Shown one piece after another: positions 34,857-47,719 of a stretch of DNA of 64,000 nt. Source of the DNA: Mytilus edulis (taxonomy: Eukaryota); the NCBI RefSeq assembly GCF_963676685.1, contig NC_092346.1, forward strand, positions 9,300,001-9,364,000, read 5' to 3'. Position 1 is the stretch's first letter, and the number at the start of each line of letters is the position of its first letter. The translations under genes were made by a program, and so were the position numbers. The notes under the pieces are model-generated. The model did no database searches, was not told where the DNA came from, and was given only the letters and a program-made list of their open reading frames with translations.

Positions 34857-36277
34857 ATGAAACAACGAAACAGACATTAACAGCACTTATATATGAATAA
34901 GACGATGTAGTGTGGCTGCAAATGAGACAAATCTTCTCTGTTATATTCGTGTGTTATGGTAAAGATAATCAATTACCCCTTTATTTATTAGATTTTAAGT
35001 TTGGTTCAACAAAATCTATACGATATAATTTTTTTTATTTGGTTTACAGTTTGATTCAGAAGAAACACCGACATAGCTAGATAATACAATTATTTATCTA
35101 ATTACTACCACAATTTCATATTAATAAGTATTGTAATTTTTATTGTTATTGATAAATTGAATATCAGTGAAAGAAATCTAATCTTAACATGCTTAAATCA
35201 ATCCTAATTTTATCTTATTTTTGGGAAATATTTTTACAAATTAAAATCTGACGTCACTTTGTGCGTTGAGGCTTTGGCTAACTCGGCTGTGTATTTTTAT
35301 GTGATGTATTATGTTGTTTTATGTAATGTGTCTGTTTTTATTCTGTAGTTAGTCACCACTTCAGTTTTATCATGTATATCTATTATATAGTCATAAAATT
35401 TACTGCCACAAAATCAGGTCCAACCCACCATTTTTTCTTTAAATGTCCTGTACCAAGTTAGGAAAATGGCCATTGTTATATTATAGTTCGTTTCTGTGTG
35501 TGTTACATTTTGATGTTGTGTTTCTGTTGTGTCATAGTTCTCTTATATTTGATGCGTTTCTCTCAGTTTTAGTTTGTAACTCGGATTTGTTTTTTCTGTA
35601 TCGATTTATGAGTTTCGAACAGCGGTATACTACTGTTGCCTTTATTTATCAATCAAAGTCACAATGTTAAAATGTAAAAAGTAAACTAGTAGACAAAAAA
35701 AGAAATTAATAGTTAAATGTTGATATGAAAAAAATTAATTTACAAGAATGTCTATCTTCAAAGATAAAGAAGTTAAACGGTCTATACCCTTTATTTCCTA
35801 TTATTCATTCAAAAAGATAGAACCTTTCAATATATCTGCTTTATTAGCTTTCCTATAGACACAAACCACCTTTGTTTTGTTATTCATGTATTTGTTGTGT
35901 TTGTGTGTTTATTTAGTAAAAATCCTATTGTTTGGATTTTAAACGAATAAATAAAAAACTGTAAACAGAATTTATAGCGTAAATTTCGTTGATCCAGACT
36001 AAAATCTATCAAATGTACTGGATGATCAATTATCTTTACCATAACACACGAATACAACAGAAAAAAATAATAAGATGTATAACTACAAACGTTAAGACAT
36101 TCGACAAAATTGACAATAACTAACATAACACCAAAACTAAATCAATGAATTTGAGATGGAAAAGTACCATGCCACGCCTAATAGCAATGCGAGTTCACAC
36201 TCAGCAAAACAGTCACAATCGGGAATAAGTCACGTTCGATAATAAAAAGATGAGACGACGTAATGACAAATCACAAT

Positions 36278-36580
36278 CTAACAGGTGGTAAAAATGTCCA
36301 TAGTTAATTTGGACAAAGACACATCGTATGGATCAACCAATTCGTGATGATGTCCATTAAATTTACGGAGTGTCATTTTTATTCTGTCCTCCTCATAACT
36401 TTGTTGGAGCAGTTTCTGCGTTAGGAGCACACTCCTGTATATGAAGTCCGTATAGTGTAAACATGCACGAGAATAACGTATCACTTGAGATATGTAAACA
36501 CCATACGAAGGGGCAGAGGGTATGTTAATTGACTGCTGAGAAATGGGAATTTGATAATTGGGAAGTTGAAATCGTCTTAT
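36278..36580 (-). mobile_element. Penelope-like element RT C-terminal fragment
   Basis: DDFNFPIIKFPFLS and NIPSAPSYGVYISQVIRYSRAC. Confidence 0.8.
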
Positions 36581-36895
36581 TCTTATTCTGTTTAATAAAA
36601 AAAATGTGTGACCTCTCCTATCAACCAAGATGGTCGTTGCCATATGAAAAATGGAACCCCCCTCCTAAATTTGAACCCAAGGTCAAAATCCCAAAATTAA
36701 AAATTACCCCAGTACGTGTCCATTGACACAATTGAACCCCTTGTATTTCTTTAAAAAGTAAAATCACAAAAATGCTAAACCCCGAGGAAAATTCAAAACG
36801 GAAAGTTGTATTTGGCAAAACTTTTAGGAATTTTGGTCCTCAATGCTCTTCAACTTCGTCCTTTATTTTTGCATTTAGATTTTTTTGGGATTCGA

Positions 36896-36939
36896 GCGTC
36901 ACTGATGAGTCATTTGTAGACGAAACGCGCGTCTGGTGT
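36896..36939 (+). ncRNA. Type I hammerhead ribozyme with intact core (CUGAUGA family)
   Basis: GCGUCA-CUGAUGA-GUC(AUUUGUA)GAC-GAAA-CGCGCG-UC-UGGUGU; GUC cleavage 3' of 36933. Confidence 0.8.
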
Positions 36940-38224
36940 AGATACAAATTTAGTCCTGGTATCTATGATGAGTTTATTCCTAATCAAATGGCAAATTCAA
37001 AAGCTCAACACATCAAACGAATTTTATAACAACTGTCATGTTCCTGACTTGGTACAAGCATTTTCTTTTGTAGAAAATGGTGGATTGAACCTGGTTATAA
37101 AGCCAGCTAAACCTCTAACTTGTATGAAAATTACATCGAATTCCATCATATTGACAGCGATGCGTGAACAAAACAAACGAATGTTGAATTTACATTAGGA
37201 TAAACATTATGACTAAATAAATTAGTTCCAATTGCTATGAAACTGGAACCCTGAGGTCTATAATAGGAGCTTCTATTTTCCATTGCTTGGTAAACTATTT
37301 TTGAAAATATTATTGAACATATTTTATTCCTACCAACTACCAATTACTTATTAACGCATTATAGTTATACATGATTAACAATTTGAAAATCTGAGGTCTA
37401 TAGTTTAACGTTCCATGCCTGAGTAAAAGAACTATGTTTAATTTCTACCAAGTATTTATAACTATTTAAAAAAAAACACTTTCAAACATGTATTATCCCC
37501 ACCAAGTACTTAATAATGCAGTCATAGAAACATTGCATACTTGTTGAAGTTGTTCATTATTATGGAATTTTTAACGCGAGTCTGGCGTATTAAACATGTT
37601 AAACTATTTCCAGAAATAGAATTTAGTAAAATCATTTCATCAACTTCTTCAAGATAGTATCTTCTACACTAAGTTACAGTTTTTTTTCAATTTTCTCATA
37701 AACTTCTCTCTAATCCCAATTTAAAAAAAACATCATGCTAGTGAAAAGGTTGAAAACTCTGAGTTTGGTTTTTTTTCTGAGTAAAGACATCATTTTGATA
37801 TGTATACTTTGTCTGCCCTACAAAATCTAGTTGGTCATTTTAGAGGAAAACAATGGGAGTTCTTGCTGGTTTAACATGTGTTTGGAAATGTTACTCCCAT
37901 TGATGGATGACTGTCAACTGACACAGAATGATCATTGTATCAGTTGCATCTAATTTATGAACTGAATTTAAAGAATATACAATCACAGTATATTACGATA
38001 ACCTGGAGAAAATATTTCTCCACTGATGGTTAATTTTCACAAGACGAAACACGCGTCTGGCGCAAATACAAAATCTCAATCCTGGTATCTATGATGAGTT
38101 TATTTACTTACAGAACACCACAACAGAAGGCTTTATATCCTTGAACCAGTTATTTGTCTATGCAATCCACCAGTTACTGTCTTGGTGATACTTAGTCCAT
38201 TGTTTAGTGGAGGTCATGACGAAG

Positions 38225-38612
38225 GAGAATGGATGGCTGATTAACGTGTCGTGGCAAATTAAATGTATATTCAGAATTAGTACATGCTGATGTATTATGA
38301 AAATAGACCCTGGTTTGTAGTAGACCGACACCATGAGCAGAATTACTAGTATTTAAAATGCTAGTTGACAACGTATACAAGAGTAAGAGCAGACACTGAT
38401 CTGCTCTGAGTCAGAATAGTATGTCTAGGTAGACTGACTTATCTTCCTGCTCTGAGTCAGAATAGTATGTCTAGGTAGAGTGACTTATCTTCCTGCAAAA
38501 TAAGTCACTCTACCTAGACATACTATTCTGACTCAGAGCAGATCAGTGTCTGTTCTTACTCTTGTATGCAGCGTGCTTAGCAGAGAAGCAACAAATACCA
38601 GTTTCAAGTCTT
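38225..38612 (-). mobile_element. Decayed mollusc SINE fragment with internal foldback rearrangement
   Basis: Minus strand tggtatttgttgcttctctgctaagcacgctgcatacaagagtaagaacag resembles, from memory, a conserved mollusc SINE central domain. Confidence 0.55.
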
Positions 38613-39359
38613 CTCACTTATAATGTATAATAAGAGTAAGTAAAAGGGAAAACTATATTTAGTATATGGGTTCCTTGCAAGATAGATTTATATGTCCGTC
38701 AGATATAGTGCAATTGACCCGGACACCAATTTTAGATATTCATGGTTTGGTCTGTTTCTTGGATGCGTTTAAAGAGAGACGAAAGATACCTAAGGGGCAT
38801 TTAAACTAATAAATTCGAGAGAGAAAAAAACTGACTACGCCAAGGCCAAAATATAAAAGGACCAAAAAACAAGCATCAGTATACAAAACAACATACACGC
38901 AATAGGTCAATTATATTTGATGTATCGAATGATTGTATAGGTCTGTCTTGCAGGGATTATTAGAACTTGATCTCATTGTCATGGATCCTTAATAAATGTT
39001 AAGTTTCGGGAATTTTTGTAGTTATTTCAGGTTTAGAGTTTCAACAACAAAAAAATAAGCTTAGTCAGTAAAGCAGGCGAGACATTTCAGCGTGTGCGCT
39101 TTTGTTATCTATAATTCCATATGATATGAAATGATTTTAATGAAATTATTTGCCAGTAGTATGGAGATGTTAAATCTGAAATAACCATTTCAAAGATATT
39201 GCTTTTTAATACATTTCTCATGCATAACATTTTGTTCCTGAAGTTCATGTCCCGAGATGCATGCATAGCAAAAGAAACTTTTTTCCATTCTAAACTTATT
39301 TATTACTTTGTAGACGCACACAGTCCTGTTCATTTTTTGTAAGATTTTGTCTTGATCAG

Positions 39360-41855
39360 ACTTCAACCACAATGCAAGCGACATTTTTAACGAGCATTTA
39401 AATAACCCTGACCATTAAATTGTTTCTATGTAATTTCGCATTATCGAAAAAAATATACCACAGGACTAACAATCCTCATCTTACAACGCCTCTCCGTAGA
39501 CGAAAAAAATGAGGACTACGTGACTCGACAATTGGGAACTGCGAAACCATATGATGGTATAGGTATTCTATCTAGTCCTTCATGAAGTTCGGTGAGTGTG
39601 AACTCAACTCCTTGACGTAGACGCAGTTATGGCCATCGTCATTCTACATCAATAACTCTATCTTGCTGTCATTTATACAAAAGCCGGTAGGTATTCATCA
39701 CATTCGCACGAAACTTTATTCATTACTCATTTCAAAACTTCGTTCGCTGTTCAAATTATGTTTGGAAACCACTGTTTTAAACCATCATTTAAACCAATGC
39801 AAATTACAGCTATCATTTCGGATATTGCAAGTCACAGACTTTCAAACCAGTTCGCATTAAAAAGAGAAAAAAGAGAAAAGAACTTTTCTTAAACTTCTTT
39901 GCAAACAAATGGCGTCAACCCCTGTACAATATCATTCATGATAAATTTGATTAATCGAAAATTCCTGACTATTTTAAAGATCAGTCTACTAACCATTTCT
40001 TAAACCTATGCCAAACCAATTGCGACTATTTTTTTAATTACAAACACGTTTTGCAGGATCTCAATATAGACGACTTCAAGTCTAAACCTCCTGATTGCAC
40101 CGGTGCTAGTTCCCAACTCATAATTATAATCCGGCTGCCCACGTTATTACTAGTAACGTCAACATTGTCAATGACACTTCACTGCGAAATGTGTTATCCA
40201 AAGGTCCAAAATATCGTAAGCGTGAACCGAAATCCATCGATTGGAAACACAATTTCAAAATACCGATGGATTCAGGCGAGGATCATGCCACACAATGGAC
40301 AAAACGCAAAAAAGAAGACGTAGATACTCTTTCTGAATGAATTAATGCGGTTAATACAAATCAGAATTAAGAAACTGAATGGGTCTCTTACTGAAATCAA
40401 TTTTATCAGCAATCAAAACGGGCTGCAAAGTTTTGTGAAACTGCCAATTCTAGAGGCGGCGTGAATCAGATATGGATCCTAAAAAATTCAAAATACCTTT
40501 TAGAGTACATACAATCTAAGATTCTCTCATCTTGCAATAGTATTAACTAATTTATTGATTGATTGATTTTTGGTGTTTTAACGCCACTTTTAAGCACCGC
40601 ATTTAGGCTATTTCGTGGCGGCCAGTTTTTATTGGTGGTAGAAGCCAAAATGACCGTAGAATACCACCGACCTTCGATGGGAAAACTGACAATCCTAGTC
40701 AATTAAGATTGGAGTCGAGTGCAACCGCACGAGCGGGGTTCGAACTCACAACCTCAGTGTTGACTGGCTAGTGATTACAGTAGTGATTACAGTAGTAACT
40801 ACTTAGAACACTCGGACACTGAGGCCCCTTAACTTATTTGACTATTGACAAATTGAAAGAATTGGTATTGCTTTGTTTCATAAAAAAGAATGGCCAACGT
40901 AGATACAGGTATCTTGAATTAGGGAGGGATAAATTCTACTTCTTGATTGATAACATATGTGTTACATTTGGAGGACGTGTTTTTCAACAAACTATCGGCA
41001 TTCCTATGGAAACAAATTGTGCCCCTCTTCTTGCCGATTTGTTCCTTTATTCTTTTGAGGCTAACGCCATACAGGATCTTCTCAAGGAAGAAAGATAAGA
41101 AGTTAGCAATATCTTTTAACTTTACTTTCCGCTGTCTAATTGATGTTCTCTCACTAGATAACTGAACGCGTCTATCCCATAGAACTAGAGATAAAAGATA
41201 CAGCAAATACAATTAAGTCTGACTCGCATCTTGACTTACATCTAGAAATTGACAATGAGGGTCGATTGAAAACAAAACTTTACGACAAAAGAGATGATTT
41301 CAGCTTCCCAATTGTGAACTTTCCATTTTTATGTAGCAACATTCCAGAAGCGCCTGCATACGGAGTATATATTTCCCAATTGATACGATATTTCCAGGCT
41401 TGTATTTCCTATCATGATTTTGCTTGATAGAGGGTTGTTGTTTTAACAAAAAGTTCCAAATGGCGATGTTGAAATCATCCCTTCGTATCACGAGTTGGTT
41501 GACCGTTATGGAATACTCGTTACACAGATGATATCAAATATGTTCCCTCTGTCGTAACTACAATCCCGTACCCTTTTCACGAATGTGAACTACCAAATTA
41601 GACTAGTTACCGGGTTTGTTATAACAAGAGAAACATGACGAGTGCCACACGTAAAGCAGAATCTGCTTACTCCTCTGGAGCATATGAGTTTACCTCCTCT
41701 TGGTGGGGTTCGTGTTGCTTAGTCTTTAGTTTTCTATGTTGTATCGTTTGTACTATTGTTTGTCTGTTTGTCTGTTCCTTTTTTACCCTGGCTTTTTCAA
41801 TTTATTTCTTATCTTTGAGTTTGAATGTCCCTCTGTGATCTTTCGCCTCTCTTTA
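39360..41855 (+). mobile_element. Decayed Penelope-like retroelement with GIY-YIG upstream of RT (Naiad-type)
   Basis: EHLNNPDH..FRIIEK..R..EDY.TRQLGTAKPY (GIY-YIG C-half) precedes KGPKYR, GIPMETNCAPLLADLFLYSFE, HLDLHLEIDNEGRLKTKLYDKRDDFSFPIVNFPFLCSNIPEAPAYGVYISQLIRY; many stops and frameshifts. Confidence 0.85.
40554..40828 (-). mobile_element. Full-length tRNA-derived SINE nested in the Penelope-like element
   Basis: Head ggggcctcagtgtccgagtg (A box-like), gagttcgaacc (B box), (caat)n tail, ~11-bp TSD ttaact(a/t)attt; 3' fragment at ~25655-25752 (+). Confidence 0.85.
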
Positions 41856-42459
41856 AATGCAAAATATTCAGATCCATTTTAATTTCTGATAACATTATTG
41901 GTATGTAGCAATTCCTAAATAACAATTCAGATTTCTAAGAAAAGGGAGATATAAAATTTACATCAACATGATATAACAAAAGAATAAAGATCTAAATGTC
42001 AATTCAAGGTCTTTAAAAATAAGTTTACAATAAGTCAATCACAGACTTGCCCAAAGTCTTTGAATTTTTTTCTTAGATTTAAATGACACTTTATAAGTTC
42101 TATCTTTGATAGTTGTTTAGTTGTGGCTTTAAAATAAACCTAACAAAAATTTATAATTATAAAGCTTGGTGTATAATAATTAATATTGTAAGTAAAACAT
42201 GAATACAAGTGAGTAATCAAAATCCAGACACAAAAATGGTATATATATCAACTTTGTCCGTTTTGATTCTGTATTTGTATGTACTGCACATGTTACAGTA
42301 AGACTCTATGTTATATACCTGTAATGTCAGTGTCTACAGTGTAAGGTAACTTAATGTGCAATTAGTGAATATACTGTCTTTAAGTGTCCATGCGAATGTC
42401 AGCCTCTGTTTTCAGCATTGTTTTATTTTTGATATAGATGAATTACCAAAATCACAGTT

Positions 42460-43650
42460 TCAGAATCCTGAATCCTGAACTGTATATATTTTGGCCTCGT
42501 CAGGTTCACTTTTGTATCTACTACATCCTATGTACAATGTACCTTTATTGTCTATGTCTACAGAGTATGATAACTCAATACCTAACTGATCTTTAGTGTT
42601 CAGGTAATGAATGCACTATCCTGAAGTGTATAGGATATGAATCAGGTGATTGCCAGAATATGTTACTATAATATTGTCTGATTTTGTAGCCACTAAATCT
42701 GTAGGCTTGAATGTTTGTTTTTTGTTGATACGTTGATGACTATTATATACCCATTTCATTCCTTTGGTTTTGTTTAATGCCACTATCCTTCCAAGAAAAT
42801 CTGCAATGAGACGATCTAAAACATAAAAGTTATTGTCATTGTCTGAAGTTATTCTTGCAGGAACTGTAAAGATAGATCTCCTGTTATTGTCTACATGGTA
42901 CACTTTTTTCTCTCCTTCCATTTATATCCATTGCAATGACATGTCTAGGACCCTTGACTGGAAATGGTTCTCCTCTTTCTCTTACCCCTACTATGATTTG
43001 GTTAGCTTTGGTTATATGAACAGCTATGGTTTGTAGAGGTGAAAAGCTGTATGCTGACTTTTATTTCTCCAGTTGTATGTGAAAGTATTTGCAGAACAGG
43101 TTCCTTTAAAGATATCAGTAAATCCCCTGTCGGTAATAAAGCCATGTTAAAGGAATTTGCTTTGAGTTTCATAATGACCTATACCGGTACTGATCCTTTG
43201 TTTAGTTGTATCTTCTGTAATGTTTCAGCAAAAAAATGGTTTATCCAAAGTGTTCCATCTTCACAGCAGACTAAATTTTCTACAATTATTGTTAAATTAG
43301 TTTTAAATTGCTGTAGTGCTTGAAATTCAAATTTTTTCTGGTGAATATCTCCAAGCTCAAACAATTGTCCATGCTGTGATATCAAAAGTTGTTTTTTTCC
43401 TGGTACATATTGTGGTTATCCCATAAACTTAGTGTTAAATGATCTCTCTACGATTTTCGAAATCTTTTTTTATCTTCTGTGTTTGGATTCCTTCAGCGTG
43501 CAATGATTTCTTAAGGCATTCCCTTTGTTTATCAAGACCAGTCAAAAGATTCTGTGTATGCTTTTCAACTTCATTTTTTAAATCTCTGTCCTGTTTCAGA
43601 ACTTTTTGTCTCTCTGTTTCATTTTTTGATTCTTCAGACGAGTTCGTGTT
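42460..43650 (-). pseudogene. TRIM-like pseudogene, coiled coil plus NHL half
   Basis: Homologous peptides in ORFs 42616-42921 and 43179-43385; in-frame TAG at 42616, frameshifts, internal deletion, B-boxes missing. Confidence 0.88.
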
Positions 43651-45417
43651 TTTTCTTAATTATTATTGTTGATGTAAATGTCCTTTGGTTTTGTGAGTCT
43701 TTGTTTACTCCTTGGTTTTGATTGTTATTGTCTTATATTAGAGAGTTCAAAATGACTAAACCAACACCATCCCCACCTTCCCTCCCCCCCCCCCCAAAAA
43801 AAAAGTAAACAAACATATCAAACAAAATCTAAACAATGTTGAATTGTGACATTTATGAGGTAGCTATTTATTTTAAGGGAGTATATCATATTCTTTGTTA
43901 AAATAATATTCTTTTTTGTTGAACATGTTGAAGTTTAATTCCAAATATTAATGTTACATTAGCTGCATGCCTCATACATGCTCATACAATTTACTCAACT
44001 TCTCAACTTACTGTCATGCCGGTGTCATTTTACATTTACCTCTTTTATACTGTCATTGATAAACAAGTTTTCAAAATTGCAACTAATGCTCAGTTCAAGT
44101 TACAGCGGTCAACTTCATGTGTTTTATACAATCACTATACATTGTACACATCCATCTTTCATGACTCAATTTCCTTGATCATTGGTTGTGTTAAATTTGT
44201 GTGATATGTGTGGTAAGACCTATAATGGTTTACTTTTATAAATTGTGACTTGGATGGAGAGTTGTCTCATAGGCACTCATTCCACATCTTTCTATATCTA
44301 AGACCTTGATAGAGGTTTTCAGTATAGAATTAGGCCTAATCATGTGAGTCATTGCAGCATGTGAATTTGTGGTTTATATATATGTTGTGTATAAATTATA
44401 ATGTGTACACAATTTTGTATTAGTTATCAGTGTTTAATGAACTACTTCACAACACATATGGATGATACAAGCACACAGTCTTTTGTTTCGAATATTTCTG
44501 TCACATTTCTAGAACTACACGATGAAGTCTCATACTGAGCATTGATACAAAAAACATCTTAAGAACACAAAAAAGACTTTTTTTTATGGATATGATATTG
44601 GTGTAGGGAGAAAAATAAAAATAGAATTTTAACCATTTTCAGGTGTTCCTTTTTTCCAGTTTGAGGACATGGAGTATAGGACTGATTTGAAGTTGAAGTA
44701 TACAAGTGTGAACTTAAGACATTCAGCAGATATTTTTTTAGAAAAAGGATGTTTAAGGGTCTTAAATATGTTTTTTACCCCCCTAAAAAAAACCACTCCC
44801 TTCTGACAGTTGTGTCATAGCGCAACAAAGGAACAATTCAATCTGTATACAATGGCCAGACTCATCAGATAAGTACTACAATTAAAACAAACATAAAATA
44901 ATCTACTCAGTGAAAATAGGGTCCGTGTTTGGTGTGTGAATTCATCATAAATGTATAGGTTATTGTCAACAGAATTGACTTTTAAATACAAGTAATATAG
45001 ATATAGCTTGTCTAATGATGTTACTTTTGGAAGCTTTTTGTCTTGCCATCAACAATTCGCAAAATGCGCAACATACGGATTATTTTCAACAGCAGTGTAA
45101 ATTATTTGTATGAAGCTTTATAGTTCAGAATACATGGACGTTTCATAATGTGTATACAGATGTCTTATGCTACTCAGTTTCCATCTACTATATGTTCATT
45201 GCCCTTGACATAATGTTCATGGTAAAGCGACTGTTTAAAAAGCATAGCTTTTTTTAATGGGAATTTCTTACTTTTATTAGTTATTGAATAAATTTATTTG
45301 GCATATGAGTTCCTCGCAAGGTTTAAATGTCCGTCATTTGGCTTCTTTAACTTTTTGTGATTCGAACGTCACCGATGAGTCATTTTTAAACAAACAAACG
45401 TCTGGCGTAAATATCTG

Positions 45418-45556
45418 GGTCGCGTTCAATATCGTAGCTGCTACATAGTGCTACGTAGATTTTGACTATTAAATGTGTAGTATATACTAGCTGCTACATA
45501 GATACGGATAGCAGCGAAGTAGCCGCGACGTAGCTGCTACGATATTGAACTCAACC
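45418..45556. mobile_element. PIF/Harbinger-like MITE
   Basis: TIR ggtcgcgttcaatatcgtagc / gctacgatattgaactcaacc, 3-bp CTG TSD, absent from copies A and C. Confidence 0.75.
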
Positions 45557-45785
45557 CTGGTATATATGACCAGTTAATTATCATACAATTGACCCTGACC
45601 TCAATATTAGGTATTCACAATTTGGTTTCTTTTTTGGATGCTATGAAAGAGAGATGAAAGATACCAAAGGGGCATTTAAACTTATAAAGTCGGAAATAAA
45701 CCGACAAAGATATGGCTAAAAAAATAAGACTAAATGCAAAAAATCAATATGCGAAACAACATTCATGCAATAGGTCAACTATATT

Positions 45786-45931
45786 CGGTCTCACTAATTA
45801 GCGACAATAAGACTATTTAGCGACAAGAAAACATATTTTTTGAGTCTTCTTGTCACTTCTTGTCGATAAATTATTTTTCTTGACGCTTCTTGTTGCTTCT
45901 TTACGCTTCTGGTCTCTAATTGGTGAAACCC
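45786..45931. mobile_element. MITE with 8-9-bp TSD
   Basis: TIR ggt(c/t)tcac(t/c)aattag; TSD actatatt(c); empty site in copy A at ~29489. Confidence 0.75.
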
Positions 45932-47719
45932 ACTATATTCGGTGTATCAAATGATTGTACGGTATATAGGTTTGTTCCATAGGCTTTATTAGAAATTGAC
46001 CTCCTAGACCTGGATCATGAAATAATGTTAATGTTATGGAATGGTTTTTTTTAGACTTTCAACAGACAATCAATCATAGTCAGCATGTCCACTATTGTTA
46101 TCTGTCAATCCATTAGATATGAAATGATTTTGATCATGTTGATATTATTGGTGCGTGTGCAGCTAGAAATTTTTATGAAATTTTCGGCCAGTGTCGTGTA
46201 GATGTTATTTCCAAAATAGCAATTTCATAAATTTTGCTTTTTAATATATCTTTCATGCATTACATTTTGTTTCTGTGAGTCATGGTTGTCATTGCTGAGG
46301 ATGCATAACGTCAGGGTACCCAAATTGTACCTATTTAGCAAAATAAGCAGTTTTCCTACAGACAAAACAATTTGTATTTTTATGATTTGATACTATCTTT
46401 CAACATAGGTAAATATATTTAGATATACACAAAACGTTCACAGTATCTATCTACAGATGAAGTGTTTACTGAAAAAGTAAAATGTGATCTTTTTAAAATA
46501 AGCAAATAAATTATATTACAAGCATCCACTTCTTAAAACATGAAGAGTTAGCATGGACTAATATCCAATTGAACATTATATTCGAGGAAAGTAAACAAAA
46601 GATCTGTAATTTTTTTGATAAGCATGAATGCAATTTGATTACTCCTCATTTTAGAATCATTGATCGTTTCAATGATTCGATATGAAGGATTAAAAATTTA
46701 ATTGGTGGGACGATATAGTGCATATTGATACATCTACAAAATAAACAAATAAAGGAAACTTTTGCCTGGAGCATAAATAAACGTAAGTAGTACAGTCAAA
46801 ATAGGTGCAATTTGGGTACCCTCACGTAATATAACAAGAAATGCTTACTTTATAAACATACACAGCCATGCTATTTTTAAAGGTTCTTTTTATTTTCTTG
46901 AGATTTACAATTGATCTTGATCTGTCTTCATAACTGATTTGTAAGCTTCAAATATTGTTTAAATTCTGTTGATTCAATCTATTAATGCAAAATATATAGA
47001 TCCGTTTTACATTCTGATAACATTATTGGTGTGAAAATATTTTATTATGTGAATGAAGATGTACACCAACCAGTTATAACAGAAGAATAATGATCTAAAG
47101 GTCAATTCATGGTCTTTAACAAAACAATTATACGATACGTCAATCACAGACTTGCCCAAAGTTTTTAAGTTGATTCAAATGACACTTTATAAGATAGTTG
47201 TTCAGTTGTGGCTTTAAAATAAACCAAACAAAAATGTATTAATATATGTATAAAAATAGTATATGATAATATTGTAAGTAAATTATGAATTTGTATTCAT
47301 GTTTTAGTTACAAGCTTAAGCTTGTGCTTGGGAATAATCAAAAACAGAATCCAGTGAAATGAATGGTATATATTTTGACTTTGTCAGTTTTGATCTTGTA
47401 TTTGTATGAACTACAGTAAAGCGATTTACCATATACCCTGTGTATCCAAAATTCTGTCTGACCGACAAAATGTCACACAATTTAATCGTACGGTCAGAGA
47501 GAAGTTTTTATATTTTTTATTAGAATATATAGTAGAAAAGATCAAATTTCTTTTTCACTCCGATAAACCGTTACGCTAAAGCAGTTTGGCACAGACTGCA
47601 TACACCTGTAATGTCAATGTAATTAAGTTTTCAAGTAATGAATAAACTGAAGTTTTCATGTGAATGTCAACTTCTATAATTATTAAATGATTTCATTTTG
47701 AATACACAAATTACTACAA

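Larger units (their letters stand above)
28147..35872. repeat. Segmental duplication copy A (paralogous to ~45261-51480 and ~54350-61743)
   Basis: Colinear high identity in coding and non-coding sequence, ending at shared acacaaaccacct. Confidence 0.9.

Noticed and set aside
40735-40828. tRNA gene
   Set aside because: A/B boxes belong to a SINE head with body, tail and TSD; no complete cloverleaf
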